DNA from: Cercozoa sp. M6MM
Lineage: Eukaryota; Protista; Endomyxa: Ascetosporea
NCBI GenBank assembly: GCA_040357565.1
Contig: JBDODJ010000021.1
Reading direction: 5' to 3' (one strand)
DNA: 64,000 bases
The notes under the pieces are model-generated. The model worked only from the letters and a program-made list of their open reading frames with translations. It made no database searches and was not told the DNA's origin. Below, one piece after another: positions 25,401 to 39,224 of this stretch. How positions within the stretch are numbered: position 1 is the stretch's first letter; each line of letters starts with the position of its first letter. The translations under genes were made by a program, and so were the position numbers.

Positions 25401-28400
25401 CGCGAAATGGCGATTTTTGCGGATCGCTGGTTCTTCTCGATGGTTTGTTTGCTATAAAGTTCTTGTATCGTTTTGAAAATTGTTTTAAAATTGCAGTTCC
25501 TCAAATGAAACGAACGTTGTTGGAAATTTGGGAGCAAGGTATCCATTTACTTTAACTTGAGCTTCTCGGTCAGTTCGAACGTATGTGTTTCTGTAGCAAT
25601 TCTGCGATCAGCAGCAACACGACTCGCTGCTGCGATCAATCTTTTGCGTTCGACACATTGCTTGCTTGCGATTCTGTTGGACCCGAAAAACACGAAACTG
25701 CCGCTAAAAACATCTTTAAACACTCCGCAACTGCGCGAAATCGTTGCTGCTTTGATGCAGCTTGGCATTTCGTTTCTCGACGCATCCGCGCGTATGTCGC
25801 ATTTTTGACTGATCAAGATTAAACTTCATGCTTTCGCGTAGCGACTGCAACAAGTTCGGTGTCCGCGCGCAAGTGTCTATATGTGGCTACGCGCACAGTG
25901 AGTGTCGCGCTCAGATGCGGTGACCTTCTCGATTATTCGTCTGTGCTGGTATTAGTTGTGTTCCGATGAAAATGAGATTGCACTGCTTGAATTTTTAGAT
26001 GGAAAAACTGGCCGAAGAAACCACGAAAATTCAGAAAATGCGCTCAATTTTCCAAGCGCTGACTCGCTTGCAGGTGTGGCTCTTGTTTTTTCCCGGGTCT
26101 TTTTGTAAAGCCCATTTACGTTTAATGCAGCTGATGAAAACCGACTCCGATGCATTGTTGCCGGTGCTTTTGGCGAGCGCTGTCGACAGTGAGGTCTATT
26201 TTCCCGTCTTTTCTCTTTGTCAGTGATGTACGACTTTGGTGCAACTTGCAGGATGCTCAACTGCAAGCGCTTGTGACCATGCCTGTGTGGTACCACAGGT
26301 TCCCTTTTAAAGAGTTGTTGTTCTAGACTGTTGGTGCAGGGACTCGGTTGAGACGCCTCAGAGCACGCAACTGTCGCAACTCACAAAGCAGCGTCTTTCG
26401 AAGCAGTCTGTTTTGGTATCTTCACACCTTTTTGTAATAATATATTGAGAAAATAACGGGTTTCGTTAGTTGCGAATGTTGCCGTTGTGCTGCGATTCGG
26501 AACGAAATGTTTCTGCGGTGTTTCGCCGCTTGTTCCGCGAATGCTCTGGCGTAGCTGAAGCTTCGTTTGATCGTTGCATGGAGTTGTGGCTTTCGCAAGG
26601 TATAAAACTTTTTGAATTTTTCTAGTTTGCGTTTTGTCTGTACAAGTCTTGTTGAGCAGGTGATAGACATGAAATCTGCGTGCGAAACATTGTCGATGAC
26701 AGTGAAAGAGAGTACGCAACTCTTTAGTGCATATGTACCTTGAATTCGAATGTTGATTCTCTCCTGTAGCAACATGGAAATTCGTCGGAATGCGATGATT
26801 TTGGCGCACAAAATTTCCCAATTTAATCAAGCGTATCTTTAGTTTCTTTCATCTTGTTGAGTTTGGGTAGTTTCTGTTGTTTTGTTGCAGAATCTCGCAG
26901 GTGTCGGAGTTGTATCGCGTTGTGCTCATGGCACTTGATGACGTTCATGTAGCAACTGAACTTGATAATTTTCGATCTTTGAAATGTTTCTCAAAAACGA
27001 TTGTGCAGCCAGAGGTGGCGCATATCGCACTCAATGCAAACAAAGACGTGCGTGATTACTGCCTCAAGTATTATTTGTTTGAGTCTTGTTGGATTTTGCA
27101 GTTAAATTCTGTAAACTGCAGCCACGCGGATGCAGAAGAAATGCGAAAAATCGTAAAAGTTTCGCTGTTGCAAATTGACGCGCGCGCATTGCTTCATCGT
27201 ACAGTCCTATATGTGCCTGCATTGGGTTGCATGCTCGCTGAACCTTGTTCTGATCGTGCTTAGCACTGAGTATCGCTGCTTTGGCAACTGTGGTTCAAAG
27301 CGTTCCAGCTCTACTGGAGCAGACGCATCTGTCGCTGCTGTCGCGTGTCGCTTCGGTTCTCTGCGATGCACAGGGCAAAGGCGAGGCGCAACTCGGCATT
27401 CCTCTTGGCACGATCACGCACGCGATGGATGTAACTTTGTTTGGATGGTTTTTTAATTTCGCAACTGAAATTGCAGCTCTGAAATTGCAGCTGTTGATGC
27501 GAAAGTTGTGTGCGGTGATTTTGCTGGTATTGTGCAGGTGTTGATTCGACACGTGAAAGAGAGCGATGCCGTGCCTTCAGTGCAAAACGCGTTGCTGGAC
27601 TGTCTGCGACGCGGTTCGCCGGCGGTGTCGCATCTGATCAAACTGGGCTCATTAGACGATAATCTCGTCTCGCATGTTTTGCACATCCTGCTGCCTCGTG
27701 GTACCATACACATCGGGAAGGGGTAGATGCAGGGGTAGATGGATGTGCACCAGGCACGGAGAAGAGCAGCGAGGAGAGCGTGCGAATGCTGGAGACGTGC
27801 GAGTGTCCGCAGAGTGTGCAGTTGCTGCTGCTGCAGTTGCACCTGTGGTACCTGGACACATCGCTGTCTGGTGGGCAGGTAGTCTTTCCCCTACCCTACC
27901 CCTACACTACCTCTACACTCCTCCCTTAACCCTTTAACCGCCCAGAGTGACTCGGAGAAACGCCGACTGGCGGTGCGGACCCTGAGGTACTGGAGCACAC
28001 GAAACACGACGCTGCCCGCCGGTGCGCGCCGACTGACGGCGGTGGCTCGCTTCGATACCGACGTCGACGTGCGCACGCTGGCCAAGGCGGCTGCGGCCGA
28101 TGCGTCAATCTCGACTGCTTCCTTCGTGCGACAGGCGCTGCTGGGGTGCTTCCCCCCTCTTAACCCCACCCTTCTTACCTTTACTTTTTTACCCCTAGGG
28201 ACATGTCGTTGGTGGAGACCACAGAGAGACTTGTGCAGTCGCAGGCGTACTCGCTGCGTGCCTGTGGTCTGCAGGCGCAGGAGGATTTTGCGAGACACCT
28301 GATGGCTGTCATTGCACCTGTATCACCACTTCACCCACCCCCTGTTGCCCTCCGTTGTACACCCTATTGTACACCCTTCCCTACCCCCAGGCAAAGAAGG

Positions 28401-29379
28401 AAAAAACGGAGCTCCTGCAGAGACTGGTGCGCGGAAGCGAAGCGTTGCTGAGACGCGACTGGGAAGGCCGCAAACACGCCGTTTCTCTTTTCGCCTTTTT
28501 GTTGCTGTCACTGTGCAAGTTGGGTAGGTTTACCCCCTTTGCTCCCTCCCAATCGACCCTCTTACCCTCACTTTATCCCCCAGGCAACCCAGTGGAGGCG
28601 GAACTGCGCACGTTCTGGCAGTCGCAGCAGACGCCGGTGGACGTCGAAATCTACGCCGGTGTCGATGCCGTCATGCGCAAGTTCTCCGCGCAGATCGACC
28701 TGTCTTTTGTGCTGCACGATATGCTGCTGGTCGACACTGGTACTATCTTTACCCCCCCCCCCCCCCCGCACTTGACCCACAATGTACTGTAGAGCAACTG
28801 AACGAGGCGCAAATTTCGGTGTACGCGCGGAACTTGGCGCGTTTCTGCGCGCTGTTTCCGCAGCGAGTTTCGCCGTCGACTGTGTGTGAGCAGCTGCACC
28901 GCATGTCCTCTCGGGTAGTTCACTTTACCTCCCCTCCCTGCACACTCCTACCCCCCCCCCCCCTGTCAGACATGGCCAGCGCGACTGGGTGCTTTGCGCG
29001 CGTTGGAAGTGCTCAGTTCGCTGTCGTCGGCGCTGCTGCTGACGGAGGCAACGACGCCGCGGATTCGCGAGCTTGTGGTATTACCCTCACTCCCATCTTA
29101 CCCCCCCCCCCATCCCTCTCCCAGGCCTCAGGACTGTCGCAGTCGCTGCTGCGAACGACGGCGTTGTCGACGGCGCTGGCCATTGTGAGACGACACCGCA
29201 CGGCACTGGGCACTGACACGGTGAGTGCGTGGCATCAAGCGGCAGTGGCACTAGTGCAGAGTGCCACCAGCGGCAGTGTCGCTGACGTCGATGACGCCGC
29301 CGCCAGTGTCGACACTGCACGTGCGGCCGAACAGCTCCGTCTGGCGCGACAGCTCGTACGCCTGCTACAGGCACCGTGA
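22453..29379 (+). CDS. Very large multi-exon hypothetical protein, leucine-rich and probably HEAT/ARM-like; may be more than one gene
   Basis: Dozens of short + strand exons encoding amphipathic Leu/Ala-rich helices between T-rich and then C-rich introns. Final exon ...AEQLRLARQLVRLLQAP*. Start approximate. Confidence 0.55.
23026..23074 (+). repeat. (GAGTT)n pentanucleotide microsatellite, intronic
   Basis: About 10 tandem GAGTT units. Confidence 0.95.
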
Positions 29380-29569
29380 CACTCGCACCAGCACCACCGT
29401 GCGCTACGCTACGTTTAGTTAACTAAACGGAACGGCAGTTCGATGACCACATTTTTCAGTTTTATCGTCTCATCATCGAGGCTCTTTTTTTTTGCGCTGC
29501 TGTGTGCGGAAGATTCTTTTGCGGATTTCACGTGCGCTGGTGTGTGCTTGATACGTGTAAATTGCAAGA

Positions 29570-32569
29570 ATGAGTCGATCTACATCATCGCGATCAGCAA
29601 TGTCGGTGCCCGGTAAAAAAATTGTGCGCGCAAAATTGCCCCTCCACGCGGATACGTGTGTTTCCTCAGAGTCGGCGGACGAGTTGTCGTCAGCAGAGCT
29701 GGACTCTTTGCGACCTCTGTGGTTGTTTGGTTACGCGAGCGTGGTGTGGAAGCACTGGGACCTGCCGGAGCCGGCGCAGCGAAAGTGCGTCGCAACAGCG
29801 AAAGGTGTCTGCCGGCGCTTGTGGCAAGGCAGTGCCGATCACCGTGGTATAGAACAATAGTACTTAAGACAGTAAAGTGGGTTAAACAGGTTAACATGGG
29901 ATAGAGGGTGGTTTAATTCGTTTTCCTAAAACATTTGCTTCAGGAAGTCCACTGGCTCCGGGAAGAGTGTGCACACTGCTGCCGTGTGAGACTGCACAGG
30001 GTTGCTTCCTCTATCACTTGGCACTCCCTTAAGCATCGATCGCATTCTTAATCTCCTGACTGAACCCTGATCACCTGATTGCCCCTTTAATTATGCAGGT
30101 CAGGCGAGTCACAGTGATCCACTGTGGCAAGGCTACCTGCCCGAGGACTTTTATGCCAAGGACGGCGACGACAATGCCGTGCACAAGGTTTACCCCCCCC
30201 CCCCCCTAGTCCTACCCCTTAACCCCTAGTCCTACCCCCTCCCCCGTATCCCTTTTATTCCCACCTAGGACACTTGCACCGGCATCGCACTCTGCTTCGA
30301 CGACGCACACCGTGACGCTGTGCTGCAGCACCTCAATTTGTAGCCACCCTATTCGTGTCCCCCTTAATCACTTGAAATTAAAGGTTCCACAATGTAGCCG
30401 CGAAAGAGGTGGCTACAAACAAATGATCGTTCCGGTGGTTCTGCACGATGAGGCCGGCAACGAGACTGAGTAGCTTTACCCCTACCCTTACTCCCTGCCC
30501 CCCTTTACCCCCCTACAGGGAAGTGAGAGCGCTGGTTTTTGTTGGCGACGTCAACAACGTCAATTTCGTGGGACGAGCGCCGCTGAGTGAAATCGCGGCT
30601 CAGGTAGTTTCTTACCCCCCCTTCCCCTTACCTCCTACCTCCTACCGACCCCCCCCCCCCCCAGGGCGCCCTGTCGCACGGTCCGTCAGGCGCGAATGCC
30701 GAGTACGTCCTCAGACTGGACGAGGCACTAAGGACGCTGCTGCCTGGCGGTCGCGCGATCGATCGGCACATTGCACTTGTAGCCAGAGGCATTCGGCACG
30801 TGCATGCGACCACGTGTCACAACGTGTCCCCCAGCACCGTCTCCTTGGTGCCAGGACCGTCGTCATCGAACCTCTTCCTCGGCAGTCCCGATGTCAGTAC
30901 CTCATGTTTTTTTTTCATTTTTTGTTTTTCGTATTTTCTGACATCCGCGCGGATGTTTTTTTTTTAAATAATTTGTGTTCAGTGGACGAGTTTGTTGACG
31001 ACTACCGCATGGCGACGTCGCTGATCTGCGAGATCGCCAAGTGCGACACTGCCGTCATTATGTCGGGCGAGGCCATGTAGCTGTGTTTTTACCATCCTTT
31101 ACTCCCTTTCCCCCCCCCCCCCCCCAGGGTGACGCTGTGGGCGGCGCTGCGGTCGACGCTGTCGCCGGCGGAGCGCGTGGTGTCGATTGACGCCGGAGTG
31201 TTTGGTGGCGGCATAGGCGACATGGCGGCGGCATGTGGTGCCACCGTCACACGACTGAGTCGGCGCTACGACACCGTCTTTGGCGTCACTGACGGTACCT
31301 CTTTCACTGGGGGATCAACTGACTGGTGGATCAACTGACTGGGGGATCAACTGACTGGGGGAGCAGACGGCGACGCCAACGACGCGGATTTCGACGAACT
31401 CGAGCGTCTACTGACGCAGCTCGGCACCGTGCGACTGGTGCCTTCTGACTCACCTTCTACTGATCGATCGTGATCGATCATTTGCGATCATTATGTGGTC
31501 ACTGTGTGGTCAGTGATCGATCATTGTGTACAGGTGACACTGGTGCACTGTGACACGCCAAGTGGCACGCTGGTGCCGCCCTTCGTCTTGCGACGTGTCG
31601 CAGACATCGCGCGGAAGCATGGCGTATCTTTACCCCCCCCCCCCCACCCTACCTCCCTACCCCTACCCCCTACCTCCCTTCCTACCCCCTACCTCCCTAC
31701 CCCTACCCCCTACCTCCCTACCCCTACCCCCTACCCCTACCCCAGGCCTTGCTGATGGTGGACGCGGTATCGTCGTTCGCGGCCTGCGAGACGGAGCTGT
31801 CGTGCGCCGACCTGGTGTGCCTGGGACCGCAGAAGGCGCTGTCGCTGCCGCCGACACTGGGCATGCTCGGCTTGTCGCAACGTGCCTGGGACAGGGTGCG
31901 TCAGCGACAGTACGTTGGCTACGAAGCTTTGCTGCCCTTTGACTTGGCCACCTTCAGTCGCGGCTGCTTCCCTTGTACCTACCCCTACCCCCTACCCCCT
32001 ACCTCTACCCTACCCCCTACCCCTACCCCCCGGGCAGACACAATGGAGTGGCAAAGTATCCGGCGACTGGCACAGCGACTGCGCGAGATCGTCCAAGTGC
32101 AGCGACTCGACGTCTTTCGCGATCGGCACCTGCGCGCACAGGCGCTGGTTCGCTTCCGTGCCAGACAGATGGGCCTGCGCTGCTTCGCTCAGGATGCCGT
32201 GGCGGCACCGTCTTGCACTGCTGTACTACTTCTGACCTTGCACCTCTCCTGCTTACCCTACCTGCTTACCCTACCTGCTTACCCTACCTGCTTANNNNNN
32301 NNNNACCCTACCTGCTTACCCTACCTGCTTACCCTACCTGCTTACCCTACCCCCCCCCCCCCCAGTTGCTAGTGCCGTCGTATACGACGTGGGACGAACT
32401 GGACGCGGCACTCCGTTCGCGCGGACTTGTCCTGGGCGGCAGCTACGGCCGTCTGCATGGCAAGGTCTTCCGCATCGGACACATGGGCCAGCAGACCGAC
32501 CTGCGCATGCTGCGACGCGCCTTGGACACCCTCGAGGCCGCTTTGAAGCAACTCAAGGCGTCGGATTAG
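29570..32569 (+). CDS. Fusion protein: N-terminal ChaC-type glutathione-specific gamma-glutamylcyclotransferase plus C-terminal PLP-dependent class-V aminotransferase (AGAT/serine-pyruvate aminotransferase-like)
   Basis: ChaC: LWLFGYASVVWK, RRLWQGSADHRG|SPLAPGRVCTL, LNFRERGGY, GPSGANAEYVLRL. Aminotransferase: LVPGP, IMSGEAM, VHCDTPSGT, LLMVDAVSS, GPQKALS (PLP lysine), GGSYGRLHGKVFRIGHMG. The domain junction lies inside one stop-free exon. Confidence 0.88.
31306..31362 (+). repeat. Intronic 16-nt tandem repeat (ACTGGGGGATCAACTG), ~3.5 copies
   Basis: Direct observation. The repeat makes up nearly the whole intron. Confidence 0.9.
32248..32350 (+). repeat. Intronic 13-nt tandem repeat (CCTGCTTACCCTA) spanning a 10-N gap
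   Basis: Direct observation. Confidence 0.9.
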
Positions 32570-33187
32570 TCCACGGTGGATAATGGGTACGGTAGGGTGA
32601 TTCATTGGATTTCGGTGAGTTAGTTCTGTCTTCTATCAACAAAACTAGTAGACCGTTAGAAACGAAACAAAATCATCCCTGCCCTTGTCGCCGTACACGA
32701 CAAGCTCCATTTCCTCAAAGGTGGCGCCATTGCATGTGGATCGCAGTCGGAAAGACGGCCCGGGATAGTAGACCTGGAGCCCTAAGCTGCATGCGCTTGC
32801 AGTTCTTGAAAACGGCGATCTCGTCACGGGCGAAGCAGTTTTTCTGCGCACGCGCCTTCATGGCGTTGATTTTGGCTCGAAACTCCTCGTCGTTCAGGGT
32901 TTGCCGTTGCAGTCTTTGTTGCACGAAATTTCCGACTTCTTTTCTGGTGAACAGCGAGATCGGAGAATTACGTCACCGCAGTGACTGTACGTCAGAGACA
33001 GTGGGGAATCCTACCGTAGGGGAGGATTCCCGAGACAGTGCTATTGCTACCGTAGGATACGTGGCACTGAGCACAGACTACCCAAGTACTGTGAAGGACA
33101 TGGTATCAATGAACACGACAGGGGGAAGCCAACAGCGCCATCGCATACAATTGTACTCGGCGCACTAGTACCGCATACAATTGTGCT

Positions 33188-34614
<1,427 letters not shown>

Positions 34615-35092
34615 CTGCCATTGCACAGACCATTGAAGCGCAGCACGCACCCGCACATACACGACACACCAAGAGCAACGGCACGAAAAAAAAGCTCAAC
34701 CCACCACAAACTCTCGCTGCGGCTCGGTACCTCCAACTGCTGTCCCCGTGGTCCCTACAGGCACACCCGCTTTGTGAGAGTGTCCACGACGGCCCCAGGG
34801 AGTCCTGGTCCAGGAACGACCAGCTGATCCTGCATTTGTACAAGTAGACGGCAGTCCGGCTCAGTGACCGTTTTGCAAATTCACAGAGTTCTCTAGATTA
34901 TCAGTGTGTGTCAGTGTGGCTCTGCGGTCAGGTTGTTACTTTGACGTGTCTTAGACGGCGATCGAAGCACCAGTGACCACAGTGATTTGCGGATTGCTGT
35001 GGTAGAAGGAAGGTGTTTTTATCAGTTTCACTGTTTGCTGTGTACCTTGAACGTTCGGTTGTGTTTAACAGTTGAGCGAAGTGGAACTTTGG

Positions 35093-37396
35093 ATGGAAGC
35101 GCCGCATTCGCCGCTGGGCCTGGTGCCACTGGGGTACTTTGACCGCGACCGCGTCGATAGCGCCGAGCACGAAAGCAGCAGCGATCACTCGGCCGCCGGG
35201 CACAGTCTCGTCGTGTTCGATCGCTCGCGCAATCGTCTGTCTGTGCTACCGACCTCTCCGCGCGTACGCAGACCTCTCACTGTGTTTGTTGCTGACACGT
35301 GACTTGTGACCCCCTTAAACTGCTGACTGACTGACTGGAAGCAGGCCGAGGACAGGTGTCCACTGTGCAACCGAGTGCGCGAGCCCGAACCCGTGTCGCC
35401 GAGTCATCGGAATCGTTACTTTCCGAAACTGGAACAGTTGTTCCGCGAGCAGCTCGTGCATTTGCTTCCGGCGTCGTAGTTTTCCTTCAGTTCAGTTTTT
35501 GTTTCATTCATATTGTGTTTGTTGTGTTGGTTTGTGTTTGAAGAGACCAGGAAGCAGAGGTGCCACGCGAGCTTTTCATCGACGGTTATTGCGAGCACTT
35601 GTTCGAGGAGAAACGCTTCATTGGCCGTGGTGCCTATGGGTCAGTTTTTGAAGTGACACACTGTTTGGACGGCGTGGAACTTGGCACTTTCGCCATCAAG
35701 AAAGGTACATCCGTTGTGTGCTGCACGACTCACTCTCACGAGTGTTTTTAGTTGCCGTGGGCAACTCGCGTTCGTGGCTTGGCAAAGTGCTGCGCGAAGT
35801 GAAGGCGCAACTGGCAGCGAGTGTACTATTTCAGCATATCATTGTGTTTGAATTATATAGTATAGACTGGGTATTAAATATCAGATGACTTCTGACTTTA
35901 AGTAGGAACACCCGAACGTAGTGACGTATCGGCATGCGTGGTTGGAGAACTCTTCAGCTGGAAGCACTCTGTTTCCTGCCGCCAACTGTATCATTTTCTT
36001 TGTTTAAGTTGTTCGAGACTCTATCTCGTACCTGGAAATAGCAACGGCCCCGCGTGTTCCGCATTTGTTCGTTTTGATGGAACTGGCCGATTTTGGGTGT
36101 TTGCAGTCACTGCTTTTCGGTCCTGAAGGTTTGTTTGTCACTTTGTGCTTGTATGTTGGCTGAAGCTTTTAATCTGTAGAGAAGGACCCGGCCGAGGAAT
36201 TGAAACGCAAACTTCGTCGCCGAAAGCGCGAGCTTCGACGCAAACGAATGCGCGATGATTTCGAACTGTCCGAGAGTGGTAATTTGTGCTTTCACTTTAA
36301 AGGATGTCGGATGTGCACTGCCTTAAGTTGGCACAGATGACGAGCAAGAGAAGCACTTGTCGACACGGGCCAAGTGGGACCTCTTTCTCGACATTGCACT
36401 TGGTCTGGCACACTTGCATTCACACGGCATTGCCCATCGGTACCTGGGACTTTTTGGAGAGGCTGAAAGGTGGCTTATAAGTTGCTCGTATTCAGAGATC
36501 TGAAGCCAGGCAATCTGCTGCTGAAGAAATCGAGCGAGGAAGATGACACTGTGATTCCTGTACTGAGAGTTTAAATTTATGTGTTCAGTTGTTCAATGTC
36601 GTTTCAGTTGTGGCTTGATTGGAATGAAATTCTTACAGCACCTGGACAGTCAACTGCGAGTGTTAATCAGCGACTTTGGTCAGTCGCGACTGCTGCAGGA
36701 CCTGTCGTATCAGGAGGACACGCGACTGCACACTTCAGTCGGCACGGCACTCTTCGCGGCGCCCGAGGTGGTGATGCCAGGCGTCTGCAGGTCGGGCGAC
36801 CCGTTCAAGCGCGACGTGTGGTCACTCGGCATGTGTCTGTACGCACTGATCTACCGTGCATTACCGTGGAACGGGTGGCACGAGGATCAGCACTCACTGG
36901 CCGATCGGTATGCGCGCGGAATGTGTCCAGTCGATGAGCCAAGCGACGGCCGCGAGCAATCCACCGTGGATACGGTGACAGTCGACTCCCGCAGCACGAA
37001 CAGCGACACCAACGCGAGTGATCTCGACGAATTGGAGGCACTCAAGCGAGTCATGGCCACCATGCTACAGATCGAGCCTGCCAAGCGACCCACCATGCCT
37101 GAACTCCTGGCCTCGCCGATTGTGCAGAAACAGATTCGCATCAGACGCATGCCGTCGCACACGTACTTTCTCCCTCAAAACCGAACCTTGTGCACACCAG
37201 AGAATTGCCTACTGACAGCAAGGATGCCGGCACACAAACTCGGCCGCTTAAACGACAGTATTCGCTGCAGACTTCTGCACCAGCTACGCCAACTCAGAAA
37301 TACGAGAACAAGATCTCTGTCAAGATGGCGCTACTCGGAGCCTTTGCTGCTGGCTTGGCCACTGGATTGGTCGCCAACAGCTTTAGGGGTGACTGA
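35093..37396 (+). CDS. IKS1: IKS1-like serine/threonine protein kinase
   Basis: CPLC near the N terminus; GYCEHLFEEKRFIGRGAYGSVFEVTHCLDGVELGTFAIKKVAVGNSRSWLGKVLREVK; HPNVVTYRHAWLE; GPRVPHLFVLMELA; HRDLKPGNLLL; VLISDFG; GTALFAAPE. The pattern matches the Iks1 subfamily as I recall it. Confidence 0.8.
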
Positions 37397-37609
37397 TGCG
37401 CCGCACGATGCGTGATATCTGATTTACCGGAAAGTAAGCACGGTACTACTTAGTCAGTACTCAGTAGCAGCTATAGCACTGTACTCGTAGCTTTTTCCGT
37501 ACTGCGCGACCTTATGCTCTGCGCTGACCAGCGCAGCGCAGTCGTGCGTGCGCGTGGGCTTGAGCGGCTGGAGATGAGCCGTGAGGGGTTTAGTTTGCCA
37601 GCGTGAGTG

Positions 37610-38767
37610 CTAGTTTCTTGGATACACGCCATAATCAAGGAGCATAGAAGTGGCGTATTCTTCGTACGTAGAGTAGTGCTGAATAATAGTTCGTTTAGTC
37701 AGATTGTAAGTTATGCATGCAGTGCCGTGGAGAAAGTGTACCTCCTTATGTCGATAGCTCAGGAGCAACTCATCACCAGACTCCAGGGCTTCTGTGGTTT
37801 GAATCTGGAAGCTGCGAGTGACATCGTCAAAGAACCAAGTGCAATTTGACAGAGCGCTGTGGTTCAGCATGTCTGCGATCGGAACCATCACTGCAATGTC
37901 TTCTCCGTCGATCTGCACTCCGAAACTTCTGGTGTTGGCGAGCCTGCTCAATTGCACCTCAAGCGAAAAAAAGAACTGCCGTGATAACTCAAGTGTATTA
38001 CAACGCAGCGCGGGCAAAGGTGTTAAAGTCGCAGTACGCAAGCAACTCAAGCATGAGGAGATGCTTTTTGTCGCTAAATTTAACAGGTGTTATAGTAAAT
38101 TTGACTACTTGCCTGACGGTGAAAGAGGGATACTAATTATAGTATAACTTGAGAATTGGTACCAGGTAGCAAGATGTCGCATCGCAGCTTGAGTGACGTA
38201 CGAATGGCGCGCCTTTAGCTCCCTTCGGTGCAGTGAGAGGGTCACTACGAGCTCTCTTGGCAACTCTTTGACCGCATCGCGCTTCCACATGACCGGTAAA
38301 TGTCGAACACACTTAGGAAGTGTGTCGACGTAGGCCAACTGCCATACGCTTGCTTTTCTTTCTAAAGTACAGCAAACTACGTAGTAGACAAAGACTCGGT
38401 ACGGACTCACTGGATGCAACTTACTCGTGAGTGCGAGTAGATGCAAGAGCAGCCACAAAGTCGTCGAATCGTCTTCTATTCCGTAGCTTGAAAGCAACTG
38501 GACCTGTGTCAGAGGAATACACAGGATATATGCACCCTAGAGCGGAAGAAAACTTCTTACATGAGCATTTTGATCGGCATCGCGCACCAGCAGAGCTTCT
38601 GGAATCATGCAGATGCACGTACCAGTCGGTAAACGGTGCTTTGTGATCAATCCCCTCGTGGCAGAGGATGGACCATGAGCAGTAACAACGATACTCGGGT
38701 GAAATCGAGCGCCTCCCGCTTTCAGCAGATGTAGCAGACGCTTAAACGTTTCCCTCGTATGTCCCAT
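37610..38767 (-). CDS. SET-domain protein lysine methyltransferase (Rubisco LSMT/SETD3/SETD6-like)
   Basis: RGLITK...IPEALL, AYVDTLP...LPVMW, NTRSF, MVPIADMLNHS, GDELLLSY and MLLDYG. Confidence 0.88.
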
Positions 38768-39224
38768 CCTAATTCCTCGCTCGTTGGTCGCGAATGAATG
38801 ACATGATGTAACTTGTTCAAGCGGAGTGTGGGAGGGGGTCACCGGAAGTTTAAGGTCCACCCTTGCCTGGAGGATGTGAACCCCGGCCAATTCGGACCTT
38901 TGACATGGGTGTTCAACTGAAAAACGCTCTTCAACAGTCTATCCCCGAGTAAATTACTCCGGCGTATCTGTGCTTGTTTAGCTCTAAAACTACTGTAGCT
39001 ATCGGTCATACGAATACGAAGTTCTGGCGTCTTGCATGCAGTGCCATTAGCATGCACCATTGCAGTCCATTGCATACACTTCCGGAACACACTTTCTCGC
39101 AGTCTCTGGTTTGATCTAGTCGTCCACGCGGATAGTAATGAAGTTTGACAGCAAAGCTAAGGGGCTTGATTCACACCACCTAGGGATCTTCCCAGACTGC
39201 AGACACCTGTAATTTACTGCGGCA

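Noticed and set aside
31306-32350. CRISPR-like arrays
   Set aside because: These are head-to-tail tandem repeats without unique spacers, inside eukaryotic introns, with no cas genes.
32645-32950. Small minus-strand ORF (LNDEEFRAKINAMKARAQKNCF...)
   Set aside because: It looks coding-like but is short, with no convincing start, splice structure or recognisable family. It cannot be supported without transcripts.
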